From: Pristiophorus japonicus
Taxonomy: Eukaryota
DNA: 64,000 bases
NCBI RefSeq assembly: GCF_044704955.1
Contig: NC_091999.1
Span: 66,030,001 to 66,094,000 of the forward strand
Direction of reading: 5' to 3'
This document shows, piece by piece, positions 38,731 to 53,299 of this stretch (its first letter is position 1; every line of letters starts with the position of its first letter). Under the pieces are notes generated by a model. It ran no database searches. It was given only the letters and a program-made list of their open reading frames with translations, and had not been told where the DNA came from. A program made the position numbers and the translations under genes.

Positions 38731-40942
38731 TGTGTTCCTAAATGTCATCATTTGAAAACACTTGTTGCTATATGTAAAAAGCTCAGATATTACTGTGATT
38801 TTCGGACAATCGTAAGCTCACTGTTTTAACTTGTTTAATTTTAGTGGGTTAAATCTTCCCCTAAATGGAGATCTACTGGAATAGCAGCCTGTTCAGAGAT
38901 ATTCCACTGATTTTAGCAGCAGAACTTTCAGTGATCAATTCTTAATTTTAAAATTTATTCCCTTTCATGTAAATCACATCTGTTCCAATTGAACAAAACT
39001 GAAGACGACGTCACTGTTCGAGATGTTTCTAATTATGTGTACCAACCGTCAATATACTTAAAATAAACCATTGTTGTGAGTTGAAACGAAACAATAAGTG
39101 ACTGTTGATCTGATTTTGCTGTCAGTGAGGCGTTTATGTAAATAAACACAAAAATAGAAGTCCCAGATTCGACTATTGAGTGACAGAAACACAATAAATG
39201 TTTCCCCACCAATTCAGCATAGAAATAAAGATAGCGAGAAATGCAAATTTCTCAACAGATTCCAGCAACAATTGTTTTTTGGACATTTCTCTTAATTATA
39301 GAATAATAAAATAAAGATGATACCCACGGACTGAATGGAGAAAGATTCCTTCTCGTCAGCATGTACCGCAACATCACAAATGTGTTAGTGATTTCCTGTA
39401 TCCTCTCCCTCTCCAATTTGCACTTCCCGTCTTGTCTCTCAGGAATGATTCATTGATATTTTCCCACAACTAGATGTCAACGTCTAACAAATGATTTCCC
39501 TCAGCACTAACGATATGGCTCGGACAAATTGATTGGAGTGCAGAGAGGGAACTTTAATCTAAACTTGACCTACGCTTTAAATTATCTGGGAGTGTTTGAT
39601 GGGACAGTGTAGAGAGAGGATTGCTCTGTATCTATTCGTGCTGTACCTTCCCTGGCATTGTGTGATGGGGCAGTTAAAAGGGAGCATTATTGTTTATCTG
39701 ATACATGCAGCAGCTGCCCTGGGACTTACAGGGTTTACTGCAGTAATAACTGACACAATGTGTAATTTATTTCAAACAGAAGCATATTATAGTGCAGTGA
39801 TAACCGTGACAGTGTCTTGTCTAATACAAACAGTGACATGGTTTCGTTTAATAATATGAAAGAATGGGTTTAGTGTAATATAACCTGTATCCTTTTCTAG
39901 TTTATTATAAACAGAAACAGGGTTTTGTATAATAGGAACAAAGGCATGGCGTATTCCAGCAATATCTGAGACAGGGACTAGTACAATATTGTTAGTTCTA
40001 GTGCAGTAGTTACTGAGGTAGGGTCTAGTGCAGCGATTACTGATACAAGGACATTCATTGTTTTATTCATTCTTTTCATTTGGGTGTCGCTGGCAAGGCC
40101 AGCATTAATTGTCTATCCTTAATTGGCTTTGAAAGCAGGTGGTGAGCTGCCACCTTGAACCGCTGCAGTCCGTGTTGTGAATGGACTCCCACAGTGTTAA
40201 GGAAAGGGTTCCACAAAATTATCCCAATGATTATGAAGGAACGGTAATACATTTCCAAGTAAGGATGATGTGTGATATGGATGGGTACGTGGAGGTGATG
40301 ATGTAACCATGAGCCTGCTGCCCTTGTCATTCTAGGTGGAACTGGTCGCAATGTGGGAGTTGCTGGAGAAGATGTCTTTGCTGCAATGCATCTTGTGGAT
40401 AGTAATCACTGCTGACATGGTGTGCCGGTGGTGGTGGGAGTGAACATTTAAAGTGGTGGAAGGGGAACTTTAAACTGGAGCAGGGTCTAGTGCAGTAATT
40501 ATTGGGACAGGCTCTGGTGTATTATAGAATCATAGAATGGTTGCAACAAAGAAGATGGCAATAGGCCCACATAGTCCGTGCCACTCTCTGAAAGAGCATT
40601 TCAGCTAGTCATCCGCGCCTTCCCGTAGTCCTTTGGATTTTTTTCCTTCAGGTACTTATTCAACTCCTTATGGAATGCCACGATTGAACCCGCTGACACC
40701 ATCCTTTCATGTAGTGCATTCCAAATCCTAACCACTCGCTGGGTAAAACCATTGTCCTCTTGTCGCCTTTGGTTCTTCTGCTAAAATCTGTGTCTTCTGT
40801 TCTCGATCGTTCCGCCAATGGGAAAAATTTCTTTCTATCAACTTTGTCTAGACCCCTTATGAGTCTGAACACCTCTATCAAATGTAATCTCCACCTTATC
40901 TGCTCTAAGGAGAACAACCGCAAGTTTGCCAGTTTATCAAAA

Positions 40943-42385
40943 TAAGAACATAAGAAGTAGAACAGGAAAAGGCCATACCGCCCCTCGAGCCTGCTCCACC
41001 ATTCAATAAGATCATGGCTGATCTGATCACGGACTCAGCTCCACTTCCCCCGCCCACTCCCCATAACCCCTTATCCCCTTGTCGTTTCAGAAACTGTCTA
41101 TTTCTGTCTTAACTTTATTCAATGTCCCAGCTTCCACAGCTCTGTGAGGCAGCGAATTCTGCAGATTTACAACCCTCGGTGAGAAGAAATTGCTCCTCAT
41201 GTCTGTTTTAAATGGGCGGTCCCTTATTCCAACAATATGCACTCTAGTTCAATCTAAGCCATCAGTAGAGACATCCTCTCTGCATCTACATTGTCAAGCC
41301 CCCGCATCATCGAATACGTTTCGATAAGATCACCTCCCATTCCACTGAAATCCAATAAGTAGAGGTCCAACCTACTCAACCTTTCCTCATAAGTCAACCT
41401 CCTCCTCCCCGGAATCAACCTAGTGAACCTTCTCTGAACTGCCTCCAAAGCAAGTATTTCCTTTCAGAAACATGGAAACCAAAACTTCACGTAGTATTCC
41501 AGGTGTGGGCTCAGCAAATCCTTGTATCGCTGTAGCAAGACTTCCCTGCTTTTATACTCGACCCCCTTTGCAATAAATGGCAAGATACCATTGATCTTCC
41601 TGATCAGTTCCTGTACCTGTTTAATACCCTTTGATGTTGCATGCACAAGGACCCAAAGATCCCGCTGTACTGCGGCACTTTGCAATGTTTCTCCATTTAA
41701 ATAATAACTTGCTCTTTTACTTTTTTTCTGCCAAAGTGCATGACGTCACACTTTTCAACAATATACTTCATCTGCCTATTGTTTGCCCGCTCACTAAGCC
41801 TGTCTATGTCCTTTCACAGATTTTTTTGTATCCTCCTCGCTCATTGCTTTTCCTCCCATCATTGTATCATCAGCAAACTTGACTATGTTACACTGCATCC
41901 ATTCTTCCAGTTCGTTAATGTGGATTTTAAATAGTTGGAGTTCCAGCACTGATTCCTGCGGCACCCCACTAGTTACTGGTTGCCAACAAGATAATGAACC
42001 ATTTATCCCGACTCTCTGTTCTCTGTTACTTAGCCAATCCTTTATCCATGCTAAGATATTACCTCAAAGCCCGTGATATTTTATCTTGTGCCATAACCTT
42101 TTATATGACCCCTTGTCAAATGCTTCCTGGAATTCAAAATACACCAGATCGAATGGTTCCCCTTTATCCACCCTGTTCGTTACATGCTCAAAGAACTCAA
42201 GCAAATTTGTCAATATTGACATCCCCTTTATCAATCCATGCTGACTCTGCCTGTCCGAATTTTGCTGATCCAAATTTCCTGCTGCTGCTTCTTTAATAAT
42301 GGACTTCCACATTTTTCCAACCACAGATGTTGGGCTAATTTATTTATCTTTACCTGTTTTTTGTCTGCCTTCTTTTTTAAACTGC
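40943..42385 (-). mobile_element. Copy-3-specific CR1 insertion nested in older CR1
   Basis: Tail aagaacataagaa at ~40945. The host resumes at ~42385. Confidence 0.85.
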
Positions 42386-43899
42386 AGTACCTTATCACGA
42401 GGAGCACACATAAGTATTTTCTGCACCCTCTCGAAGGCCTTCACATCCTTCCTAAAGACCGAAGCCCAGAATTGTACCCAATACTCCAGTTGAGGCCTAA
42501 CCACTGTTTTATACAGTTTGGTCATAATTTCCTTGCTTTTGTATTCTATGCCTCGATTTATGAAGCCCAGGATCCCATATCATTTTAAACACATTCTCTC
42601 AAACTGCCCTGCCACTTTCAATTATTTCTGCACATATAATCCGAGGTCACTACGTTTATTCACACACTTTAGGATTGTACCGTTTATTTTCTTTTGCCTC
42701 TCCTCGTTCTTCCGAACAAAATGTACCACATCACACTTTTCTGCGTTTCATTTTCCACGTATCCGCCCATTGCACCAGCATGTCTATGCCCTCTTGTAGT
42801 CATCACTATCCTCCTCACTCTTCACTATACTTCACAGCCTTGAGTCATCTGAAAATGTTGAAATTGTTCCCAGTACACCTAAATCTAAGTCATAAATATA
42901 AATCAAGAAAATCAGTGTTCATAGTACCAACCGCTCCGGGATCCAATGTATACCTTCCTCCAGTCCACAAAAAAACACTATTCTCTGATTCCTGTCACAC
43001 CGCCAATTTCATATCCATGCTTACACAGTCCTTTTTATTCTGTGGGATTCAACCTTGCTGGCAAGGATATTGTCAAGGCACTTCATGAACGCATTTTGCA
43101 AGTCCAACACATCAACCATATAAACTGAGACTTGGTCTAGTACAGTAAAAACTGTGCTGGGGTTTGTTGCAATGAGAGAAACAATAAATCAGGTAATTAC
43201 AGATTTATTAACCACATGCCAGGTACAGGTGCAGTTTCATTTTTACCATCATTTGCACTATTCCTCACACAGTCGAGGTATTACCAGGCCCTGTCTGACA
43301 CAAACAGTGGGTCACTTAAACTCTCAATAGAAAATACTGCAGGAAAAACAATCCTTAACATTAAAGAACTGGGACAAATTGGCACAGGACAAAACAAGTG
43401 TGAATTAGTAACCTTAACACACAGAATGCCAGTAAGTAGTACTAAATACACTTTTGTTCACCTTCAGTCCTGTCCCTGAATGCGAGTCCATCTCTGGGAG
43501 ATTGTTACAAGATTTACCCCATCATTTCAACATAAATATTTCCGACACACTATCGGAACAATAGGACATTGCACACAACTCTTGATAGTTATTAATATTT
43601 TCCAACCAAAAAAGTATTGCATCCTCCCACACACACACAAATATTTATTTATATTTATTAACATCGATCGACCCTCTATATATCTTCTATCTATCTAACA
43701 GATTCATGTTCAAGTACAAAGCTAACTTATACAAGGACTGTTGTCCAATAAATAGAGATATAGACCGTGGAGTGGGAGTTTATCTCAAATCTATCTGAGA
43801 CTCAGGAGAACGTGAGACACAGTGAACCTCGGTTGACACAAAATACATTGTCTTGTGAAGTGCAATTGATACTTTGCCCCCTGTAGCGTAATGGGAAAA

Positions 43900-44112
43900 A
43901 GTGCCCCGTGTAATATAAACAGAGACAGGGTCCAGTGTAATATAAATTGAGACAGTTACGAGTGTAATATACACAGGGTCTAGTCTAATATAAAAATAAA
44001 CAGGGTCTAGTGTAATATAAACAGAGACTGGGTCTAGTTTAATATAAATAGGGACAAGATCTAGTATAATTTCAACAGAGAGAGTGCCTAATGTTACGTC
44101 AAAAGAGACAGT
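43900..44112. repeat. 27-bp minisatellite, ~8 copies
   Basis: Same unit and context as 21640-23920. Confidence 0.9.
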
Positions 44113-44114
44113 GT

Positions 44115-46640
44115 CATAGAAACATAGAAACATAGAAAATAGGTGCACGAGTAGGCCATTCGGCCCTTCGAGCCTGCATCACCATTTGATAATGTCATGG
44201 CTGATCATTCCTTCAGTACCCCTTTCATGCTTTCTCTCTAAACCCCTTGATCCCCTTAACCGTAAGGGCCAAATCTAACTTCCTCTTGAATATATCCAAT
44301 GAACTGACATCAACAACTCTCTGCGGCAGAGAATTCCACAGGTCAACAACTCTCTGAGTGAAGACCTTTCTCCTCATCTCAGCCCTAAATGGCGTACCCC
44401 TTAACCGAAGACGATGTAACCTGGTTCTGGACTTCCCCAACATCGAAAAGATTCTTCCCGCATCTAACCTGTCCAGTCCAGTTAGGATCTTATATGTTTC
44501 TATGAGATCACCTCTTATCCTTCTAAACGCCAGTGAATAAAGGCCAAGTTGATCCAATCTCTCCTCATATGACAGTCCAGCCATCCCTGGAATCAGTCTG
44601 GTGAACCTTCGTTGCAATCCCTCAATAGAAAGAACGTCCTTCCTCAGACTATGAGCCGAAACTGAACACAATATTCCAGCTTAGGCTTCACTAAGGCCTT
44701 GTACAACTGCAGTAAGACCTCGCTGCTCGTATATTCAAATCCCCTAGCTATGAAGGCGAACATACCATTGTTCTTCTTTACTGCCTGCTGTACTGCATGC
44801 CCACTTTCAGTGACTGATGAACCATGACACCCAGGTCTCGTTGCAACTCCCCTTTTTCTAGTCTGCCACCATTCAGATAATATTCTGCCTTCGTGGTTTT
44901 GCCCCCAAAATGGATAACCTCACATTTATCCACATTATACTGCATTTGCCATGTATTTGCCCACTCACCTAATCTGTCCAATTCACCCTGCAGCCTCTTA
45001 GCCTCCTCCTCACAGCTCACACCGCCATCCAGTTTAGTGTCATCCGAAAACTTTGGTGATATTACACTCTATTCCTTCATCCAAATCGTTAATGTATATT
45101 GTAAAGAGCTGGGGTGCCAGCACTGAGCCCTGCGGCACCCCACTAGTAACTGCCTGCCATTCTGAAAAGGACCCATTGATCCCGATTCTCCGTTTCCTGT
45201 CTGCCAACCAGTTCTCTATCCATGTCAGTACATTACCCCCAATACCAGTCGCTTTGATTTTGTACACCAATCTCTTGTGCGGGACTTGTCAAAATCCTTT
45301 TGAAAGTCCAAATACACCAGATCCACTGGATCTGCCTTGTCCACTCTACTAGTTACATCCTCAATAAATTGCAGAAGATTCGTCAAGCATGATTTCCCTT
45401 TCATAAATCCATGCTAACTCGGTCCGATCCTGTCCCTGCTTTCCAAATGGGCTGCTATTTCATCCTTAATTATTGATTCCAACATTTTCCCCAATACTGA
45501 TGTCAGGCTAACCCGTCTATAATTACATTCTTTCTCTCTCCCTCCTTTTTATAAAAAGTGACGTTACATTAGCTGCCCTCCAGTCCATATGAACTGATCC
45601 AGAACCGATAGATTGTTGGAGAACGATCACCAATGCATCCACTATTTCTTGGGCCACTTTCATAAGTACTCTGCAATGCAGACTTACAGGACCCGGGGAT
45701 TTATCGGCCTTTAATCCCATCAATTTCCCTAACACAATTTCCCGCCTAATAAGGGTATCTTTCAGTTGCTCATTTTCATTAGAACCACTGTCCCCTAGTA
45801 CATTCGGAAGGTTATTTGTATCTTCCTTTGTGAAGACAGAACCGAAGTATTGGTTCCATTGGTCTGCCATTACTTTGTTCCCCATTATAAATTCACTTGC
45901 AATCGACCTACGTTTGTCTTTACTCATATTTTTCTCTTCACATATTTATAGAAGCTTTTGCAGTCAGTTTTTATATTCCCTGCAAGCTTCCTATCGTGCT
46001 CTATTTTCCCCTTCGTAATTAAGCCCTTTGTCCTTCACAATTGTATTCTAAATTTCTCCCTGTCCTCAGGTTTGTTGCTTTCTCGCGCCAATTTATATGA
46101 CTCTTCCTTGATTTTAACACGATCCTTAATTTCCGTTCTTAGCCATGGTTGAGCCACCTTCCCAGTTTTATTTTTACTCCAGGCAGGGATGTACAATTGC
46201 TGAAGTTCATCCATGTGATCTTTAAATGTTGGCCATTGCTTATCCACCGTCATCCATTTAAGTATCCTCTGCCAGTCTATTCTAGCCAATTCACACCTCA
46301 TACCGTCGAAATGACCTTTCCTTAAGTTCAAGACCCTAGTTTCCGAATTAATTTTGTCACTCTCTATCTTAATAACGAATTCTACCATATTATGGTAACT
46401 TTCCCCAAGGGGCCTCGCACAACAAGATTGCTAATTAGTTCCTTCTCATTACACATCACCCAGTCTCGAATGGCCAGCTCCCTGATAGGTTCCTCGACAT
46501 ATTGGTCCAGAAAACGATCCCTAATGCACTCCAGGAAATCCTCCTCCACCGCATTGCCACCAGTTAGGTTAGCATATTCTATATGTAGATTAAAGGCACC
46601 CATGATTACTGCTGTACGTTTATTGCATACATCCCTTATT
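44115..46640 (-). mobile_element. CR1 LINE, (TTTCTATG)n subfamily, endonuclease C-terminus through RT to tail
   Basis: MGAFNLHI (GDFN), [23 protein letters not shown]; multiple frameshifts. Confidence 0.92.
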
Positions 46641-47109
46641 TTTTTTTCATCAACCAACCCATGCTTTAATCTATTTTCCCATTCAACTTTAGCTAACTTT
46701 GCCATCATACCTTTGAAGTCTCCATTATTTAAGCTAGGATACTGGTTTGATGACCAATTCCCTCACACTCCAACTCAAATTGAAATTCAACCATATTATT
46801 GTCACGCATAGATTAGTACGGCACAGGAGATGGCAATTGCGCCTAAATAGTCTGTGCCTGCTCTTCGAAAGAGCAATCCAATTACGCTCACTCCCCCGCT
46901 CTTTCCCTATATACCTGCATTTTTATTCCCCTTCAAGTATATATACAATTTCCTTTTGAAGGCTACTATTGAACCTGTACCAATCAACCCATCAGGCAGT
47001 ACACTCCAAATCCTAACCAGTGGTTGCATAGAGGAGTTCGTCCACATGTTGCCTCTGGTTCATTTGTCAATCATCTTATATTTAAAACAGTTTCTACTTC
47101 ATAGTACAT

Positions 47110-47975
47110 AGGAAAAGGACATAAGCAGGCCAAGTGAGTGCGCAAAATTTGCCGATGTAGTATAATGTTGGAAAGTGTGAGGTTCATGCACTTTGGCAGA
47201 AACAATCAAAGAGCAAGTTATTATTTAAATGGAGAAAGACTGTAAAGTACCGCAGTACAGCAGGTCCTGGGCGTACTTGTGTATGAAACACAAATGGATA
47301 GTATGCATGTACAGCAATTGATCAGGTCGGCCAATCAAATCTAGGCCTTTGTTGGAAAACGGATGTAGTGTAAAAGCAGGGACGTCTTGCTACAGCTATA
47401 TAAGATATTGGTGATGCCACACCTGGAATACTGCGTGCAGTTTTGGTTACCATATTTACGAAAATATATACTTGCTTTGGAGGCAGTTCAGAGACGGTTC
47501 ACTAAGTTGATTCCGGGAATGAGTGGGTTGTATTATGAGGAAAGGCTGAGCAGGTTGGTCCTCTATGCATTGGAATTCAGAAGATTAAGAGGTGGCCTTA
47601 TCGAAACGTATAAGATTATGAGGGGGCTTGACAAGGTGGATACAGTGAAGGTGTTTACACTGATAATGAGACTAGAGCTAGAGGTCATGATTTAGAATAA
47701 TGGGCAGCCCATTTAAAACAGAGATGAGGAGATATTTCTGCTCTCAGAGGCTTATAATTCCTTGGCATTCGCTGCTTCAGTGAGCTGTGGCAGCTTGGAC
47801 ATTGAATAAAATTAAGAGAGAAATAGACAGTTACTTAAACGATAAGGGGATAAGAGTTTATGGGCAGCGGACGGGGATGTGAAGCTGAGTCCATGATCAG
47901 ATCAGCCTGGTTCCTATTGAATGATGGAGCTGTATGGCCTACTCCTACTCATATTTCTTATGATCTTATGTTCTT
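47110..47975 (+). mobile_element. Copy-4-specific CR1 3' portion
   Basis: LYKILVMPHLEYCVQFW; tail ttcttatgatcttatgttct. Confidence 0.88.
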
Positions 47976-48545
47976 TTAATCTATTAAACCCTCTCTTAAC
48001 CTTCTCTGCATTAAGGAGAACAGCCGCAGCTTCTCCAGTCTCACCACATAATTTTAATCCCCCATCCCTGATACGTTTCCAGTAAATCTCTTACGCACCC
48101 TCTCGAAAATCTTCCCATCCTTCCAAAAGTGTGGTGCGCAGAATTGGACACCATATTACAGCTGGGGCCGAACTAGTGTTTCGAGTCATTCATCCCTGTT
48201 ATCAATCTGGTAAATCTCCGCTAAACTTCTCCAACTCTATCCGTGTGCGAGAGCTTGCATCCAACCATACCGCACACACAATGTCAGCGAGTTCCATGCG
48301 GGCACTTGCCCATCCTCAACAGGGAGAATGAGGAAGAAAAAAGAGCAGCTAAATGTCAACGATGTCTTGAAACAATTTATTAATTGTTCCCCTTAATTTT
48401 TTTACTTAAAAAAAGGAAAAATATCCTGACTGCCGCAACTAGAATTTCTACCCAGTGCCACTTCCCCAGCCAACTCCCTCTCCGGAAAGGTCACTATTTT
48501 ATTTCTTGTCGGTGTTTTTAGGGTGGGGGGAGGGGGTTAAATATG

Positions 48546-48590
<45 letters not shown>

Positions 48591-49274
48591 TACATTGCTC
48601 TCTCTGTCTGATTTGTTAATATATATGAAAGCCTGGTAAAGGAATTGGGTGCAGAAAATTCCAGTTGAGGAATCCTCATCGATGGAAACAGAAACACTGC
48701 AAATGGAAAAACAAGAATCGGTTGGGCTGAGGGGGGGATGGAGGCAGGGAGGAGTTGAGCAAGTTAGGGCTGGAGTGATGGAGGAGTGATGGGATGTACG
48801 AAGGGAGAGTGGGATGGGTGCAGGGAGGGAGCGATTGATGGAGGGAATTATGGAGGGAGGGGGGATTTAGGGATGGAGGGAAGGAGAGACGGGTGGAGGG
48901 TGGTCAGGAATGTGGAAGGCAGTGATGGCGCTTTTCCCAATTCATCCGATCAAAATTCTTCATGATTTTGGACACCTCTATCAATTGCCCCATAAACTAG
49001 TCTTCTCGAATAACAGCAATCCCAGCTTCCAGCTGCTCTGATGGTGCAGCTCACACAGTGTAAAACTCAGGGTCCGTGAGTCCTTCTTCCTCGGCATTTC
49101 CCGATGTTCCTTGTGGAATCGCTGACACTTTTATATGGATCCAATGGAAATCCCAGTGTGGGAATGACATCCCAGGCAAGATAAGAGAACTCGCCCCTAA
49201 ATGGGCTCTGGCCCTGAACTTCAGACACGTTGAGCTGAATCGCAATATTTTAGAATACAAGCTGTGCTTTGTTC

Positions 49275-49722
49275 AAGATTCGGCTCAGTGGGATCACTCT
49301 CGCCTCACAATCAGAAGATCAGAGATAATAAACCCCGCTCCAGAGACTGGTGCCCATAATCTGTGCCGACACGCCCGGCGCCAGTACTGAGGGAGTGCTG
49401 CACAGTCAGAGGTGCCGTATTTCGGGGCAGACATTAAACTGAGGCGCATCTTCCCACTCAGTTCGATTTTAAGGACTCATGGCACTATCTAAAGAGTAGA
49501 GAAATTCTCCCCAATTTCCAGGCAAAAACAATAGCCCTCAAACAACATCTGAAAAACAGGTTATTTGATCATTATTTCATGACTGTTTGTGGGAAATTGT
49601 TGTGCACAAATTGGCTGCCACGTTTCCGACATTACAACAGAGACCACACTTCCAAATTACTTCATTGGCTGTAATGCATTTGGGATATCATGATGTCACG
49701 AAATGCGTTATATAAATGCAAG
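49275..49722 (+). mobile_element. DeuSINE (SacSINE1-like)
   Basis: Paralogue of 38285-38730. Confidence 0.78.
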
Positions 49723-50615
49723 GTGTTTCTAAATGTCAATATTTGAAAATACAAGTTGCGATATGTGAAAAGCTCAGATATTACTTTGATTTTAGGACAC
49801 TCCTCTGATCACTGTCTCAACTTGTTTAGTTTCAGTGGATTAAATCATTAATAAAATGGAGTCATTTGCATCTTAAATTGTGCCCTTACACGCAGTTCCA
49901 AGTCATGAATATAAATCAAGAAAAGCATTGTTCCTATTACCAACCGCTGCGAAATACCACTACATACCTTCCTCCAATCGAAAAAAAAAACTACTCTCTG
50001 AGTCCTGTCATTCAGCCAATTTTATATCCATGCTACCACTGTCCCTTTTATTCGGTGGGCTTCAACTTTGCTGGCAAGGATGTTATCAAGGCACATTATC
50101 AAACGCCTTTTGAATCTTCAGCATATCAACCATATAAACTGAGACTGGGTCGAGAGCAGTAAAAACTGCGACGGGGTCGGGTGTAATGATGGAAACAATA
50201 AGTCAGGTAATCACTGATTATTAACCTCATGCCAGGTACAGGTGCAATCTCATTTTTACCATCACTTGCACGAATAATCATACACTTGAAGTGCATATCA
50301 GGGGATTCTGTGTGATGGTGAGGTGATCACTGGACAATAAAGTGCAGAGACTGGTGGCTGGCTGCTCATTATCCCCGGGTGTGATTTAATCCACTTTCCC
50401 ATTGAATACTGCGGACACACATGCTCACCTTGATAATGAAAATGTCAGCGTGACATCACTTTCTAAAGAAGAGCACGCAAGACAATGTTTTATCAATAAA
50501 TGTTAAAGGTATTAAACGATCTGCAATTAGCTGTTGAACAAAATATAATGCTGAAAAATAATGGTTGAAGCTAATCATTTATCTTTGTGGAATATACTTG
50601 CACACATTATGTACG

Positions 50616-50845
50616 NNNNNNNNNNNNNNNNNNNNNNNNNNNNNNNNNNNNNNNNNNNNNNNNNNNNNNNNNNNNNNNNNNNNNNNNNNNNNNNNNNNNN
50701 NNNNNNNNNNNNNNNNNNNNNNNNNNNNNNNNNNNNNNNNNNNNNNNNNNNNNNNNNNNNNNNNNNNNNNNNNNNNNNNNNNNNNNNNNNNNNNNNNNNN
50801 NNNNNNNNNNNNNNNNNNNNNNNNNNNNNNNNNNNNNNNNNNNNN
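50616..50845. other. Assembly gap (230 N)
   Basis: N run at the position of the B-C intron microsatellite. Confidence 1.
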
Positions 50846-51519
50846 ATATTTTGAGTGTGCTCTTTTCAGTTGTTTATCTTAACCAGTTGAGCGTTAATAT
50901 TCAGATATATATTATGAACCTGTGGTCGCACATCCGGCGGTGATGTGAGGTCGCGGTTCAGGCTCTGTCTGACACAATCAGTGGGTCACGTGAAAACTCA
51001 ATCGAAAATACTGCAGGAAAAACAATCCTTAACATTAAAGAACTGGAAGCAATTGGCACAAGACAACACAAGTTTGAATTAATGACCTTTAACACACAGA
51101 GTGCCACTAAGTAGTGCAAAGTGCAGTGAATTGCTGCCGTTCAGTCCTGTCCCTCAATCCCGGTCCATCTCTGGGAGATTGTTACAAGATTCAGCCCTTC
51201 CTCTCAACACAAATATTAACAACACAATTCCAGATCAATTCGACATTGTTCATAACTCTTGATACCTATTAATGAAACTAAACATATGTTATAAACAAAA
51301 TATATGGCAACCTTTCAACAACACACAACAATATATTTATTTAAAGTAATATCGATGGACCGTCTATATATCTTCTATCTATCGAACAGACGCATGGTCA
51401 AGTGCTGAAATAACTGAGACAGGGTCTGTTGTACAATAAATAGAGATATACTCCTTGGAGTGGGTGTTTATCCCAAAACTATCTTCGACCGGTATGAAAG
51501 TGAGATACAACCAGACACT

Positions 51520-52900
51520 GTAACATAAGAAGACCATAACAATATAAGAAATAGGAGCAGGAGTAGAACATTGGGCCCCTCGAGCCTGCTCCACCATTTA
51601 ATATGATCATGGATGTTCCGATGACGGACTCAGATCCACTTCCTTGCCTGTCCCGGGTTCCACAGTTCTCTGAGGCAGCGAATTCCACAGATTTAAACCC
51701 TCAACGAAAATAAATTCCTCCTCATCTGTTTTAAATGGGCACCCTTTATTCTAAGCGTATGCCCCTAGATCTATTCTCCACTATCAGTGGAAACATCCTC
51801 TCTGCATCCACCTTGTAAATCCCCCTCATTATCCTACACGTTTCTATAAGATCACTTCTAATTCTTTTGAATTCCAATGAGAAGGGGCCCAACATCCTCA
51901 AACTTTTCCGATAAGTCAGCCTCCTCCTCTCAGGAATCAACCAAGTGAACCTTCTCTGGTCTGCCCCAAAAGCAAGTATATCCTTTAAAAAATATGGAAA
52001 AGAAAATTGCACGCAATATTCCAGGTGTGACCTCACCAATATCCTGTACAACTGTAGCAACACCAACCTGCTTGTATACTCCATCCCGTTTGCAATAAAG
52101 GTCAAGATTCCATTGGCCTGCCTGCATACTGACCTTTTGTGTTTCATGCACAAGTACCCCCAGGACCCACTGTACTGCAGCACTTTGAAATTTTCCTCAA
52201 GTGAAATACAATTTGCTCTTTGATTTTTTTCTGCCGAAGTTAATGACCTCGCACTTTCCAACATTATACTCCATCTGCCAAATATTTACCCAATCACATG
52301 GCCTGTCTATATCCTTTTGCAGATTTGTTGTGTCCTGCATGCACATTGCTATTCCCCCGTCTTAGTATCGTCATCAAAGTTCACTACGTTACAATCGGTC
52401 CCTTCATCCAAGTCGTTAATATAGATTGTAAATAGTTGGGGTTCCAGCAATGATTCCTGCGCCACGCCAAAAGTTACAGATTGCCAACCCAAGAACGAAC
52501 CATTTCTCCCGACTCTGTCTTTTCTATTAGTTAGCCAATCCTAATATGCTAATATATTACCCACAACCTCGCAAACTTTTATCTTGTGTAGTAATCTTTT
52601 ATGTGGCACCATATCAAATGCCTTCTGGAAGTACAAATACACCAATCCGCTTCTTCCTCTTTATCCACCTGTTCGTAACATCCTCAAAGATTTCCAGCAA
52701 ATTTGTCAAACATGACTGCACCTTCATAAATCTATGCTGACTCTGCCTGACCGAATTATGCTTTTCCAAATGTCCTGCTACTGCTTTTTAATAATGGAGC
52801 CAACATTTTCGCAACCACTGATGATAGGATAACTGCTCTATAGTTTTCTGCATTTGGCTGCCTCCTTTTTTAAATAACAGATAGTTTTCAAATCTGCTGG
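51520..52900 (-). mobile_element. CR1 LINE insertion shared with 32595-34042
   Basis: Same insertion point and same truncated 5' end (aatctgctggaa). Confidence 0.88.
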
Positions 52901-53015
52901 AAGCTCTTGAGAAGTGCAATGGATACTTGACCTAGTGTAACTTAAAGGGAGACCTGGTCTAGTGTATATAAACAGAGACCGGGCCTAGTGTAATATAAGC
53001 AGCGATAGTACCGAG

Positions 53016-53047
<32 letters not shown>

Positions 53048-53299
53048 GAACATAAGAACATAATAAATCGTAGCAGGAGAAAGCCACCTGGTCCCTCGCG
53101 CCTGCTCCTTTATTTACTATCATCATGGCTGATCTAATCAAAGACTAAGGTTCACTTCCCTGCCCGCTCCCCATAATGTTTTATTCCGTTATCGCTCGAA
53201 GATGTGCCTATCGCCGCTTAAATATATTGAATGTCTAGCTTCCACATCTTTCTGGTGAGGAGCATTCCATAGATTTGCAAAACTGGAAGAGAACAATTT

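Larger units (their letters stand above)
37199..43493 (-). pseudogene. Copy 3 of the gene fragment (most of B and C deleted)
   Basis: A 43493-43462, B/C fusion remnant ~43270-43290, D 39483-38822, E 38242-38040 (FRACAQSYTDPFIIRGELSYLA*), F 37615-37552, G 37247-37199. Confidence 0.7.
48270..51170 (-). pseudogene. Copy 4 of the gene fragment (most of exon D deleted)
   Basis: A 51170-51139 (donor lost), B 50964-50884, C 50408-50286 (+1 frameshift), D remnant ~49860-49813, E 49234-49055, F 48696-48633, G ~48315-48270. Confidence 0.68.
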
